From: Neovahlkampfia damariscottae | Lineage: Eukaryota | Direction of reading: 5' to 3' | DNA: 64,000 bases | Assembly: GCA_016618085.1 (NCBI GenBank) | Contig: JABLTG010000010.1 | Coordinates: 124,001-188,000 of the forward strand | Shown: in pieces, positions 35,604 through 50,078 of the stretch | How the letters are laid out: each line of letters begins with the position of its first letter | How positions within the stretch are numbered: position 1 is the stretch's first letter | Made by a program: the position numbers and the translations under genes | Notes under the pieces: model-generated | Seen by the model: only the letters and a program-made list of their open reading frames with translations | What the model was told of the DNA's origin: nothing | Databases searched by the model: none

Positions 35604-36451
35604 TCAACGAGAAACTTGAATCAACAGAGGTTGATGATGTTTTTGTTGTACTGTTCCATGATACTGCTGCAGATACATTGAAACCAGCAGCTGAAATTGA
35701 ATTTGATCAAGTCTCCCAACAACAACATCCCTTCCAGATGCATCTTTGTTGGTTGTTTTTGGATAATGTGTTGAGCCTGAACTTAATGACCAAGTATATC
35801 CAACTATATTTTTTGAATTTGTGTCTGCATATAAACGAAACTCTCCAGATCCAACTCCAGCTCCTGTTCCAGTGGGAGGTTCCCGAGAATCTCCTTTTGA
35901 ATGATAAGAACTTGTCATATCTGTAATCCATACAGAATATTGAATTGTATTCGAAATAATCGGTTTTTTTGAAATCATCAGAGTTGGATCATATCTTACT
36001 TCCATCTAAAAATAAATTGTGACTCTTCAAAAACTTTTTGTTTTTTCTTCCTATTACAAACCATACGACCAGTGTCATCTTGTGGATAATAACTTATTGC
36101 CACAATATCTCCTCTTTTTTTACATCTGTGACTTTTTGAATGTTTTTGAAGTTTGTTTGATTTACGATGATGTCATGGTATTCAGCAGATTGTGGCCCTG
36201 AAACACCAAAAATTTGTTTAAAAGTATTAGAGCATCCATAAGTATGTTGAAGTAAACCTGATGTCCAGCTGGCACACTTTGCGAGTATAACAGAATTCTT
36301 ACCATCACAAACAATGTTGGATGGTGAATCATATTTGTTATTGGCAACCTGGATGTCTTTGATGAAGTTTTCTGCAACATTTATATGAGCAACCATATCC
36401 GCTTTCACAAAAGCCAAAGTAAAACAAACCAAGAAAATATTTCTGCACCAT
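35604..36451 (-). pseudogene. Secreted bacterial-type NlpC/P60-like (papain-fold) protein, disrupted
   Basis: KCASWTS, PQSAEYH, GDIVAISY, DTGRM|M, DMTSSYH..DSR, GVGSG, GYTWS, VVGRL. ATG out of frame with the signal peptide; frameshift at ~36115-36121; intron at ~36006-36061. Confidence 0.55.
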
Positions 36452-36795
36452 TTGTTTTTTTTACTTGCAGTTTATTGGATGGGATTGACAAATAAAAGTG
36501 CAACATTTCTGGACAAAAATTAATGTTGATTTTGCAATTACAACAATTTTTTTGTGTTTTGAAAATCAACATTACTTTTGTGTTATTTCATCTACCTTGT
36601 TTTCTCCATTTTTAATGATTTGAAGTAATTTATCAAAGTCATCTTTGCTAAAATTGAATTTTTCAACTGTTTTTTCTTTTGGTTTATTTCTTGTTGTTTT
36701 TTCTTTTGGCATTTTTAACCAATGATAACAGAAGTCAAATTTATTGGTTGAATCATTCTGGCGCTGAAAATGAGATTCAGGATTCAGACAAAGAT

Positions 36796-37331
36796 ATGGC
36801 AAACAAAAAACCCAAACAGATTGATATGAGCAAAAGTTCTAAAGGAAGCTGACAAACTTTTGGAAGCTACTGCAGATGAATTAAGAAACATGAACAAAAA
36901 AATGCTTGAAGAACCAAAAGAATTTCTGTATCAAAAATGTAGACAATCCACCTATTTATGAAGGATCTTCAAACTAAGAACAGTTCATGATGTTGAAGCT
37001 TGTTGAAGTGGCAAATCCAACCTGTTTTTTTCAACCAATCACTGCACTCAATTTTGTGAAAATGAAAATGGAAAGTAAGTGTTGGTGTGAAGACCAAGCT
37101 GCTTCAGTTGAAGACAAACCAGAATTACCATACAATCTACAACTAACAGAAAACAAACAAGATGAAAATTGGAAACTCTTAAATTTTGAAAACAAAATGC
37201 AAGATGATTTTAAAATTAATCAATGGACTGTTGAATGTAAACGTTGTAAAAAAAAATATATCTACACAAGTGGCTTTGATATATACGCAGATTCACAGGC
37301 AAATTTTCTCCTTCATCGATCCAAACTCTAA
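36796..37331 (+). pseudogene. Small Cys-containing hypothetical protein, probably disrupted
   Basis: Protein-like frame upstream of ORF 36987-37331 needs frameshifts; CWC...CKRC in the C-terminal part. Confidence 0.3.
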
Positions 37332-37406
37332 AAGATGGTTTTTTCAAAAAAAAACAAAAAGAGGCTTCAGTTGAAAAACTGTATTTTACTAAATTGCCAT
37401 TAAAAA

Positions 37407-39574
37407 TTAATATTCAACAATTAAACCATTTGAATTTAACCATTTTAAATAATCTCTCCAAGTTTTGTCATACTTCAAAGTTTGTTCATCTCCAATAATC
37501 ACCAAACCATATTTACATCTAGTAATTGCAACATTCAACCTTTTCCAATCTGATAAAAATCCAACATTTCCTCTATTATTTGATCTCACAGTTGAAAAAA
37601 TGATAAACTTCTTTTCTCTTCCTTGAAATCCATCTACTGATTTTATTTCAATCTCTTCATTATTCAATACTTTCTTAATTGCTTTGACTTGTGATTTATA
37701 AGGTGAAATGATTCCAATGTCTTTTCTTGAAAATGCTTTTGAGATTTCATCAAAAACATCAATTACAATTTCCATTTGAAGTTTATTTATTTTAGAATTA
37801 TCAACATCTAATTCTTTTGATTTCACATTGATAAACATGATTGGAATTTTTTTGTTTGGCCATTTAAAACAATAAAAAATCCTTTCTGAAAATTCACATT
37901 TCTTGTCAGAAAGTAATTTTCCTTGATAAAATTCTTGTGAAGGAAATTCACAAATTTTTGGATGCATTCTGTATTGAACATTCAATAAAAATGTTGGAAG
38001 ACCTAATTCCATCAATCGACTGAAAAGAGATTTTGAAAATCCTTTTTTAATTGATTCTTGAACTAAAATGGTTGGTTCTAGTTGATTTGGATCTCCTGCA
38101 AGAACAATTTGTTTTGAACCTTTCATTATTGGGATTAAACAACCAGGTTCCAAACTTTGACAACATTCATCAACAACAACAAAAGGAAATTCAATCCCTT
38201 GTAATAAATCAACATCGGAACTAACACATGTTGAACAAATGATGTTTGTATTTTTCAAAATATCTTTGATTGTTTCTTCTTTTAGTTTTTGGATGTCTTT
38301 TTTTAATGTTTCAATTTGTGATCGATCTTTGGGTTTAACAAACATATTTTCAATTACATTTTATGTATATTTTTGATAAATCAAATAATTTAATCATCTT
38401 AGCTTTCATTTCTTGTATTTGTTTATAATTTTCATGTTCTTCAATTTTAAATTCTAATGTTGATGATAAAAGTCTTTCATTCGTTTTGGTAGGCTGTCCA
38501 ATTCTCAAAACTGAAATTCCTTCATTCAATAAACCTTCCAACACTGTTGAAAAAATTAACTATTTCATTTTCTCCACATACAATTATCTACAGCCACATT
38601 TGTAAATGCTGTCACCAAAATATTCACAGGATTGATTGAAATATACAATTTAATCATCTGAACCAAAGTTGTTGTTTTTCCAGTTCCTTTCAGAAAAAAT
38701 CAAAAAAAATGAAAAACCAACCTGGAGGTCCATGAATCAAAGAAATTCTGAAAAAAAAATTAAAAATGAATTTAATTTAAACTGTTGACTCATTGATTTT
38801 AAAATAGCATTTGTTTGCGCCTCATTTATTCTTCCTTTCACAGATTGTTTCCAATTTTGAATAAATGTATCATTTGGTTCAAATAGAAAAGAAGAGGACA
38901 TCAAATCAGTATCTCCTAATAAAATATTAGACAAATAACTTCCAATAGGTAAATGACTATTTTCGATATTTCTTTCATCTGGTCTGAATTGAATGGCTGT
39001 TAATGCTTCAGACATTTTCAACAATGTTGTTTGATTCATTGATTTATCAATTCTAAATAAAGTTGATTTATGAGACCAATGTTCAATATTGAGTAAAACT
39101 CGAATTGATTTTTGATTGAAATTCAAAATTGTTCCGTTGAATAGTTTATCTTTCATTGGGTGATTTATTGATAAAGAAATCATATCTCCAGAGTTGAAGT
39201 GATGATTTGGAAGTTTGTCAAAATTGAAATGAGAAAATTTGATAATCATATTTGAAAAAAAATGACCATCTGTTGTTCCCTTTAAATTGAACAAAGTCAT
39301 TCCTTCGTCAATAAGTCGTTGGTTAGAGTATGATGTCAATTGTTCATCAAGTTGTCTTTTTTCTTCTTCATATTCTAGATTTATAAATGTTTGAAAGTTT
39401 GAAATGTAGGTTTCTACGTCTTTCGTTGTGATTTTTGATGTTTTTTGCTTTTCATTTTTATTTTTTTTTTTTTTTACTTTTTTTAAGTTTTTCATTCTTT
39501 CCATCTTTTCTTCAATGGATATTTCTCGTTTTCTTGAAAAAATAAAAAAGAATTATTCCTTACTTGTTGCTCAT
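37407..39574 (-). CDS. UPF1/IGHMBP2-like SF1 helicase
   Basis: HGPPG|TGKTT, TAFTNVAVDN, VDECCQ, GDPNQL, QYRMHP, SVDGFQGREK, RLNVAITR. Confidence 0.92.
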
Positions 39575-39720
39575 TTATTCAAGACCCACCAAAAATAATG
39601 ATTGGTTGATAATTCGCGGGTGTTCACAATTGATAATATACATGAAAAGTAGAAGATTCGAATTTCTTTCATTTGTTGTAGCTTCATTTCATTTTATTGG
39701 TCAAAAAATATAACGAAAAA

Positions 39721-40359
39721 ATGAGCATAACTACAGTTCATCAATCCTTGCTTCAGCACATAATGAAAAATGGATACCTTGAAAAAACTGAACTTGAAGA
39801 ACTTCTGAGTAGCTTCAAAAGAACGAATAATGTGGAAACAACAGACAGAAGCATTGATGAATACATTGGAACGATTAATGAAGTAAAATTCAAATTAAAA
39901 ATTAAAAACAAAGTCTTTGAGTGATTTCCATTTCAGAATACAAGTATTAGTTCATCCAAAAACGAACAAAACTTTCTTTGGTATGATAAATCAAGTGGAT
40001 GATGATATCAGTCAATTAGCTACAAACTTCACTTCAAATGAGCTTTTATTTTTCAAAGCAATCGTATAAAAACAATTTATTTTTAATCTTTTTAGTTAGC
40101 TGAAATCGTACAAGCTGATGAAGAATCAAAAACTTTTTTAGAAGTTGACGCAATTAATGAAAGAGGAAAAATAGGAGCTGAAGAAGCTGAAAATACTCTA
40201 AATAGATTTATCAAAGAAAATTGGTTATCTGTTGAAAATCATGTGTAGGAAAAAAAAACTTAAAATTTCTTGAATAGTTTATGGTATGGAATTAGAACTT
40301 TACTTGATTTAAGAATGTACATTGATAATGAATTTGGAATAGACGTTCATCATAATTAA
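39721..40359 (+). CDS. NSE1: NSE1-like SMC5/6 subunit (winged-helix part; no RING seen)
   Basis: Spliced product with INQVDDDISQLATNFTSNELLFFK, AENTLNRFIKENWL, GIRTLLDL; three introns; TAA at 40357-40359. Confidence 0.7.
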
Positions 40360-40713
40360 AATCCTTTGCAATTTTAAATTATGCTGTTCGTTCTTGCGCG
40401 AATCTATTCTATTCTCCTGTCAATATCCCAATCGTTACCATTTCTTGCTGTTACATCTGCATGATTTATTCGACTTGAGATAAAAATCACTTGAAAAGTT
40501 GCTCTTCTCAAGCTCTTTTTCTTGAATTTTCTAACAGCAGTGGCACAACACTTTCTTATTTGTGTCTTATTTCATTTCAAATGATGTTCAACAGTTCAAT
40601 AAACAGACAAACAGAACTTTTTTCACCTGAATTGGAAAAATTTTTTGAATAACATGTTCCGTAAATGGGAAAATATTTCTGACGAATCAAGAATCTTTCT
40701 GTTTTATAACGAA

Positions 40714-42551
<1,838 letters not shown>

Positions 42552-42770
42552 AGTTTGGAAGTTTATTTCTTAATCTTTTGATTTTTTATCTTCTTTTCAA
42601 TAATTTAATTGGAAAAAAAGAGTCCATATTTTAATTCATATTATAATCTTATATTATCAGTTTCATAGAATTCTATGGGCAAACAGTTGATTTTTAACAA
42701 CTTTATGACGAACCAATCAAATGTAACCTCTTTTGTCCAATCATTTTTTTTTCTCAACCAAATTTTTCAA

Positions 42771-43370
42771 ATGCTCACAAAAATCTGCAAAAAACAAAGT
42801 AAACAAATTTATACCATTTAACAACTTTAAAGTTAAAACTTGTGTCCGTGGATACGCAATCAGAACACAAGAAGATGTAAAAGCTTGTAAAAAAAAAAAA
42901 AAAAAAAATTGTTAAAATTATTCCTTTTAGTGCAAAAAGCAAACGTTGAGAGAACAATTGCTCGTTTCAATGTTTTAAGAAATTTAGGAAAAGAAGTTGA
43001 AATGTTTGATTATCACGAAATTCTTTTTTCAGCAGCAAAAAACAGAGATCCAACACAAGTAAAGTTTTGGTATGAACTTTTGAAAAAGGATAATATGGAT
43101 CCAAATCTTGAAACTTTTGGTATTGTATTAGGTTCATGTTGTATCGAAGGAAACACAGTTAGAGGTATTTTCTTCATGTCTGAATTAGCTCATTATTTTG
43201 ATACTGTTCCAGCTAAATTCTTAGAAACTATGAGTTTCATGTTAAAAGAAGATTCATCTCCAAAAGAAGCGCAACTTTTCGCTGATTTAGCAAAAGCTGG
43301 AAAACCTGTTGCTTCAAAAGTTGTCCAAGAAACAATTAAAACTGTTCTAAAAAACCCAAAATATGAATAA
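42771..43370 (+). CDS. Small mitochondrial PPR-like protein, probable F1-ATPase subunit p18 homologue
   Basis: Basic presequence ending VRGYA; PPR-like helices (DNMDPNLETFGIVLGSCCIEGN); about 190 aa; one intron at ~42887-42930. Confidence 0.55.
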
Positions 43371-43510
43371 ATTTAAATTTATTTTTCTTTATCCTAAAAA
43401 CCAATAAATATTCGAACGGAATCAGTTTTTGATTTCATTGGTTTTCAAAAAGTTTGAAACGAAATTGAAGTTTAACTGTACTGCTCGGAAAAAAAGGAAA
43501 ATAAAAAAAA

Positions 43511-46500
43511 ATGGAAAAAGAAAATAAAGAAAACACTGAAAAAACGTACAAAACATTCCTCTTTTCTAATAGAAATTAAAACAGATCTCCATCAAAGAGA
43601 AAAAGAATTTCTTCAGATTCATCAGAAAATGAATCACCAATTGTAAAAAAGTGAATATTTAATTTAAATTTTAATTCTTTTGCAAGAAATAAAAGAAATT
43701 CTTCAAATGTAAATGAACCATCTTTATTGGACGAACAAGAACAAATCGAAGTTGAAGAAGAAATTCAGTTGGAAGAAGGGTAAAGAAAAAAAATTTTTTT
43801 TTTTTAATTCCAATAGGATGACTGAAACTCAAAACTTTATGTATGGTTTTACTACCAATTTAAGCAAAGAAAAAGAAGAAGAAATTCTCACCATTTTAAA
43901 AGGAAATGATGAAGGAAAACAATTTGAAGCCATTTCTGAATTATGTAATTTTTTTTCAATGGCAGATCCTGATACAATATCTACTGTAAGATATAGAGAG
44001 TATACGCCTTTATTACTTCAAATTTTAGCTGATGGTTATAACTTTGAATTAATGTTGCTCGCAACAAGAGCTTTGACTAATGTTTGTTATTTTTTAGAAT
44101 TAATCATTTAGATGATCGACTCTTGTCCTCCTACGTCTTCTCAAATTGTCTCAAATCAAGGTGTTTCAATCTTAATTGTAAAACTTCTCAATATTGAATT
44201 TATAGACCTAGCTGAACAATGTATTCAATGTTTATATTTCCTATCAGAAACCCACGGAATCGTTTTGTTAAAACAAGGTGTTTTATCCGCTAGTTTAATG
44301 TTTTTTGATTTCTTTGGTATTCATGTACAAAAGAACGTATTAAAAATGGCTGTAAATTTATGTAAAAGAATACCACATGACGGATTTGATCTTTTTCAAA
44401 CTGTTTTACCAAATTTAACAAATTTATTATCATACCAAGATGAAACAAGTAAATACCAAATTTTTAACATTTTTAGTATCACAAAACGCTTGTAAATGTT
44501 TTTTAAAAGCTGCTTTGAATATACAAAATGATGAGAAAAAAATTTTATTGATGGCTTCTGAAGGACTTGTTGATCAACTTTTTCAACTTGCAAAAAAAAA
44601 ACCGTATGAAAATTTAATTTTTTTTTAATTTTTTTTTAGTACTTTGAATGAAGATATAGTTTATATTTGGACTATTTTAGCAAGAGGTTCAAATAAATTG
44701 GTGACTTCTTTATTAGAAAATGGAATAATAGATGTTATTGATAAATTCTTCAATCATGAAGACCAAAAGAATTCAAAACTCAAACAAAAGTTCCCAATAG
44801 CAGAAATGGTTTCTTTTATCAAGGATATGAATCCAAGAACAAATGTTTTTACTTCTAACATGTCTTTGGAATCAAGAAAGTTTTTATTTCAATCATTAGT
44901 TGAACCTGAATTACCTGAAGATATTATTGATTCAAAATCGAAAAAAACATTCAATACAAGAGAGGAAATACTCAAAGATAACAAAGTGATTTATTTAGAA
45001 TACGTAAAAGTTATTTTACCATTGATCATCAAAACTTATACATCAAATATGAACCAATCTGTGAAATTAAATTGCTTAACAATTATAGGTACAATAATTT
45101 ATTATTGTTCAGAAGAAATGTTAAAAGAGATCTTAATGGTAATTTTAAATTTCTTTTTTCTTACCTTTGCAACAGGATATTCCAATTTCCAGTTTTTTGA
45201 CAAGACTTCTTGGTTCAAATGATTTGATTTTTATTTCAACAGGTATTCAAATTTCAGAAATTTTGATTCAAAAACTTCCTGATATTTTCAGTATCTATTT
45301 TGTTAGGGAAGGTGTTACAAATGAAATTAAAAAAATTTGTGGAGATGAAAAAGGAGAAATTACACTTTTGGATGAAATGAAAAAGAAAACAAAAATTGCA
45401 TTTGATGTTGCTATTGAAAATTACAGAATATCATTACAAGAAACTAAAGATGAAAAAATGGATGAAGAAAAAATCACAACTGAAAATTCTGAGGATTCAC
45501 AAAAAGAAACAAAAAAAACATTAGATTTACTCAATCATATTACAAAAGGAATAAAAAATTTAAACAAACCTGAAAAAGAGAAAAAAGGTCAATTTCAAAA
45601 ACCATTTGTAGAGGCACCAGAAATTCCATTTTCAAGTCGAATTGCAGAAAGTAGAGATAGTTTTAAAAATCCTGAATTATTAGAATTTGTTGTATCATCA
45701 GCTCAACAATTCAGAAATAAAAATCTTCTTAAAAATGATTTTGAAAGTAACATTTGTAAATCATTAAGAGAAGTTGGTGAAGAATTATTAGAATTAATGG
45801 AACAACCAAATGAAGATGATGAAACTGAATTATTAAACAAAATAGCTGCAATTTTAATATCTGATGAAGGTATCAGTACATTTGAATTTTTAGATTCTGG
45901 AATCATCAAAGTCTTGTCAATCTATTTACAAGATAAATCAAAACTACATTTATTTTTGAATATTTTTGATAAAGAAGCACAAATTCAACATTCAATTTCA
46001 TCACCAATGCCATTATTTGATAAATCAGCATATAGTATTCAAGATGGATCACCATTACCAGGAACTGAATCACCATCAATTGTTGGATCACCTGCATCAA
46101 CAAGTAGTATTTTTAATCATCAAGTTACTGGATCACCTTCATCATATTCAGCATCACCTTTTCGATCATCTTCATTGAAATCATCACCTTTCAAATCAAA
46201 AAGAGAAAATACTTACTTAATTGAATTTGTCAAAAAAATACAAAATTGTTTAACACAATCAGAAAATTTACCTTTGATCATCAAAGAAACTAATTCTTTA
46301 TTTTTTGGATTGACAAGTGTTTTAGGAATCGTTTCAAAAGAATTTAGAATTCAAATTCAAAGTTTAGATAATAAGGATATGATTTTTAAAGATGTTGAAG
46401 TTTCACCTTTGGAAAGAATCAAAATTATTTCAGAAATGATCCCAGAACTTGAAAATAGTATCAATAAAGAAGTCTCAGTAAATTTAAGAGATGATCCAAG

Positions 46501-48250
46501 TTTTGGTGGATTTACAATTGAAGAGGATGAAGAAGATGAACAAATTTCCATCACTGAAATAAAATTAGAAGATGAAATGAAACAAGAAGAAGAACAAGAA
46601 GAATATTATTACTTGAAAAAGATAGTTAAAAAAGAACAAGTTATTGAAGATGAATATACATTCTATTTGAATGGAAAACCATTAAATCCAAACATGAACA
46701 TATTCAATTCCATTTACTCCTATGGAAATAAAGGTGAAACTTTTGCTCCAAGACATCCATCAAATTTGAACCTTTGGGATAACACTTATACATTGACTTA
46801 TGAAAAAACAAAGAAAGAAATTCCAAAAACAACTGGTTTGACAATTAATGAAGAGACTTTGAATTGTTTAAATTTATTAAAACTCATATTTGATTCATCA
46901 AAAAAAATTGAAAAGAAACATTTCAGAAATGAAAAAATATCAGCTAAACTTACAAGACAAATTAATGATCCTTTAATGTTGTTTACAAATACTTTACCAA
47001 AATGGTGTTTCAGTTTAACAAAATCACATTCTTTCATCTTTCCTTATTCACTTCGAAAAAATCTTTTTGATTTAACATCTCTTGGTGTTGCAAGAAGTTT
47101 AAAAATTATGGAAGAAAAAATTGACAAAGGAAAAATCATTCACATTGAAAGAAAGAAACTTAAAGTTGAAAGAGAAAAAATCTTCCAATTTGCAAATGAA
47201 ATCTTCAACAAATATGGATTATCAAGATGCATTTTAGAATACCAATATAAAGATGAAGTTGGTGTTGGATTAGGTCCAACCATTGAATTCTATTCATTAG
47301 TCTCAAAAGAATTCAAAAAATCAAAATTGAATATTTGGATAAATGATAATGATGATGAATATGTCTCTAATTCATTTGGTTTATTCCCAAAAATCATTGA
47401 TTTCAAAAATGAAAAAGAATTATTGTTCAATGAAAATGTATTCAAATTTATGGGATTATTTGTTGCCAGAGGTATTTTTGATTTCAAATTATTAGATTTA
47501 CCATTTTCCAATGAATTTTTGAAATTAGTTTTCAAAAACAAAGAATTAGTATTTGATGATTTGAAATTCATTTATCCTTCCATTTATGAAATGATTAGAA
47601 AATTAAAACGAGATGAATTAACAGAAGAACAAATTGAAAATTTATATTTAACATTTACTGTTCCTGGTTATGATAAAATTGAATTAAAAAAAAATGGAAA
47701 TGAAATTGAGGTGAACAAATCAAATGTCACAGAATATATTGACCTTGTATTAGAATTTCTATTAAAAAATGGAATTTCTAAACAAATCAAATCATTCAAA
47801 TTTGGATTTCAAAAATTAATCAATTTACAAAATTTGAATTCATTTTCCATATTAGAATTGAATAAATTAATTAATGGAGAACAGCAAGTATTAAACGAAA
47901 ATATTTTATTGAGTTATACTAAATGTGATTTTGGTTATACCAATTCATCAAAAGTTATCAAAAATTTATTTCAAGTTTTATCTGAATTTGATTTGGATTC
48001 ACAAAGATTATTCCTTCAATTCGTCACTGGATCATCACAATTACCTGTTGGTGGATTAGCATACTTAAAACCAAAATTAACCATTGTAAGAAAACTACCA
48101 GAAACAAATCAATTACCTGATGATTTATTACCAAGTTGTATGACATGTACAAATTATTTAAAATTACCTGAATACACAACAAAAGATATTTTGAAAAAAC
48201 AATTAATCAAAGCAATCACAGAAGGACAAGGATCATTTCATTTATCATAA
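43511..48250 (+). CDS. HECT E3 ubiquitin ligase, TRIP12/UFD4/UPL3-like
   Basis: ARM region (KLLNIEFIDLAEQCIQCL), EGISTFEF, EVGVGLGPTIEFY, LPSCMTCTNYLKLPEY, EGQGSFHLS. Confidence 0.93.
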
Positions 48251-48272
48251 AATAAATTTTTAATTTGTTTTG

Positions 48273-48653
48273 TCAAAATGGTTGCAAAATAGTTTTTTCC
48301 AATTTTTCACTGATTTGTGTTACTATTGGATAATTGAATTTTTCATTGATTTGGATTTCCAATGCAGCAATGTTGTATAATAGATAAGAAGGAATTTCGT
48401 TTTGTATTTTTGTTTCTAAAGTTTCTTTTGGTATGTCAAAGATGATTCTATTGTTTTTGTTTGTGAATGATTTAGTTTCGTTTATCAATTCTGTTTTTTG
48501 TTTTTTGAACGCATAGTCTGCAACAAAAAAAATTTTAAAATTAATTTCTTCAATTTTCTCTTCTTCTTTTTCAAAATTTATTTCAAAGTTAATAGATTCA
48601 TATAAATCACTTGGATTTATAGAGTTCAAAATAAATTTAGTTATTTGAAACAT
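48273..48653 (-). CDS. Divergent ASF1-like (histone chaperone fold) protein
   Basis: NPSDLYESINFEINFE...INFKIFFV and IPSYLLYNIAAL follow the ASF1 strand pattern; recognised by eye only. Confidence 0.45.
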   Translation of the reverse strand: MFQITKFILNSINPSDLYESINFEINFEKEEEKIEEINFKIFFVADYAFKKQKTELINETKSFTNKNNRIIFDIPKETLETKIQNEIPSYLLYNIAALEIQINEKFNYPIVTQISEKLEKTILQPF

Positions 48654-48756
48654 CAAGAGTGTTAAATTTATTTTCTTTTGACAATTGTCCAATCATCTCA
48701 CTTTTTGTTTTTCTTCAAGACAAAAACAAAAGACAGCTTTTTTTTTTTTTTTATTT

Positions 48757-49005
48757 ATGTCAGAATACATAATGTCAAATACCTTCAATAGAATTCAAAA
48801 TTTAATAAATCAAATTCAACAACGACCTGCAAATCGAAAAACAAATTTTTCACACAATGAAGAAATAAATAGCAGTCAAAAACTGAGAATGCTGACATAT
48901 CAAAAGTTAAAAGATGATTACTATATAGATTCTGATGGAGATATTGCTACAGAATTTTTTGAAGCAACCCCAGAAGGTTCTTTCAAAAAAATATTTCCAA
49001 AATAA
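48757..49005 (+). CDS. TUSC2/FUS1-like small protein
   Basis: YYIDSDGDIATEFFE resembles the TUSC2 DEDGDLAHEFYE motif; 3' end uncertain. Confidence 0.55.
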   Translation: MSEYIMSNTFNRIQNLINQIQQRPANRKTNFSHNEEINSSQKLRMLTYQKLKDDYYIDSDGDIATEFFEATPEGSFKKIFPK

Positions 49006-49176
49006 ACAGAAATTCAGGTGGCGCACAATTGATCATCACTGAAAAATAAAATTTATGTAAAAAAAAAACATAATAGAAGGCTTTAATTGTCAATATTACA
49101 ATAATTGAATATAGTTGGCAATTTGTAATTTTAAAATAATAATTCAACATTTTATTTACAATTCATTGAAAGAAGA

Positions 49177-49875
49177 TTATTCTAATCTTTTTAAATATTG
49201 CATCATATCTCTATTTTCCATAATTTTCTTGTCAACATCATTTTTCAATCCAACATGAAACATACATCTGCCTAATTCTTTGGAAGTGATAGATATGGAT
49301 TGATTATTTGGAAATATTTTTTTGAACCAAGGATATACAGATCTACTAACTTTAAGCATAGTATTTTCATTTGTTTTTGGTTCAACAGGAAAAATATAAC
49401 CAGGTCTATAGATATGAAGATGTTCAAATTCCAAAGATAATAAATGATTCTCTGCCATACCTTTGAATCTTGCAAATGGCATAAAAGATTTTTCTTTCAA
49501 GTCTGAACCTTGTCCAGAAAGAAAATTGAAGCTAGTTTTTTGACTGTTGTGACGGACAATATCAGCAAATGAAATTGCATAGTCCACTGTGATTTCTTTA
49601 AGTTGTTCAGCTGATACATCACTAGTGTAGACACCAAGGCAGAAATAAGCAATATCTTGGTTTTCAAAGACATCTTCAATTGGGTGGAAGTTCTTAAAGT
49701 TGTGATGAATTACTTCAGTGAGCTTTGGATGTTTGATCCCGACAGATCGTCTTGTGATAGATGTAATATGTTTTATATCAGGGTTTATCAAAGCGTTGTT
49801 AAGTACAATGTTTCCAACCATTCCAGTTGATCCAGTGATGACCACATTCTTTGCTTTTGAAGTTAATTTTTGCAT
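49177..49875 (-). CDS. NAD(P)-binding Rossmann oxidoreductase/epimerase (TIP30/YraR-like)
   Basis: ITGSTGMVG, YFCLGVY, ITVDY, FARFKGMAE, YRPGYI; intronless. Confidence 0.85.
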   Translation of the reverse strand: MQKLTSKAKNVVITGSTGMVGNIVLNNALINPDIKHITSITRRSVGIKHPKLTEVIHHNFKNFHPIEDVFENQDIAYFCLGVYTSDVSAEQLKEITVDYAISFADIVRHNSQKTSFNFLSGQGSDLKEKSFMPFARFKGMAENHLLSLEFEHLHIYRPGYIFPVEPKTNENTMLKVSRSVYPWFKKIFPNNQSISITSKELGRCMFHVGLKNDVDKKIMENRDMMQYLKRLE

Positions 49876-50078
49876 TTTGTTGTTTGATTGGTTAATTTGT
49901 TAACCATATTGGGAACAGAATTGAAATAGGAATTTCGGGTTTCCTTTATTATGCGATAGAGTCGAAGTCTATAGGCTCGATATCTCTTTTCTGCTTGGAA
50001 AAACTTTTCATTTTTCAAAATGAAGGTAATTGGACAAAAAAACCACCAGAAACCCTTCTAACAAATTTTCATTTTTTT

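Noticed and set aside
35462..35926. 154-aa ORF starting inside the second tRNA
   Set aside because: Starts at GTG within the tRNA and is antisense to the NlpC-like pseudogene.
40370..40575. Slightly GC-richer spacer, possible ncRNA or small gene
   Set aside because: No convincing C/D or H/ACA boxes, stable stem or recognisable ORF by eye; an Infernal/Rfam search would decide.
49950..49990. Short imperfect hairpin GATAGAGTC...GGCTCGATATC
   Set aside because: Too short and imperfect, with no second copy in the window.
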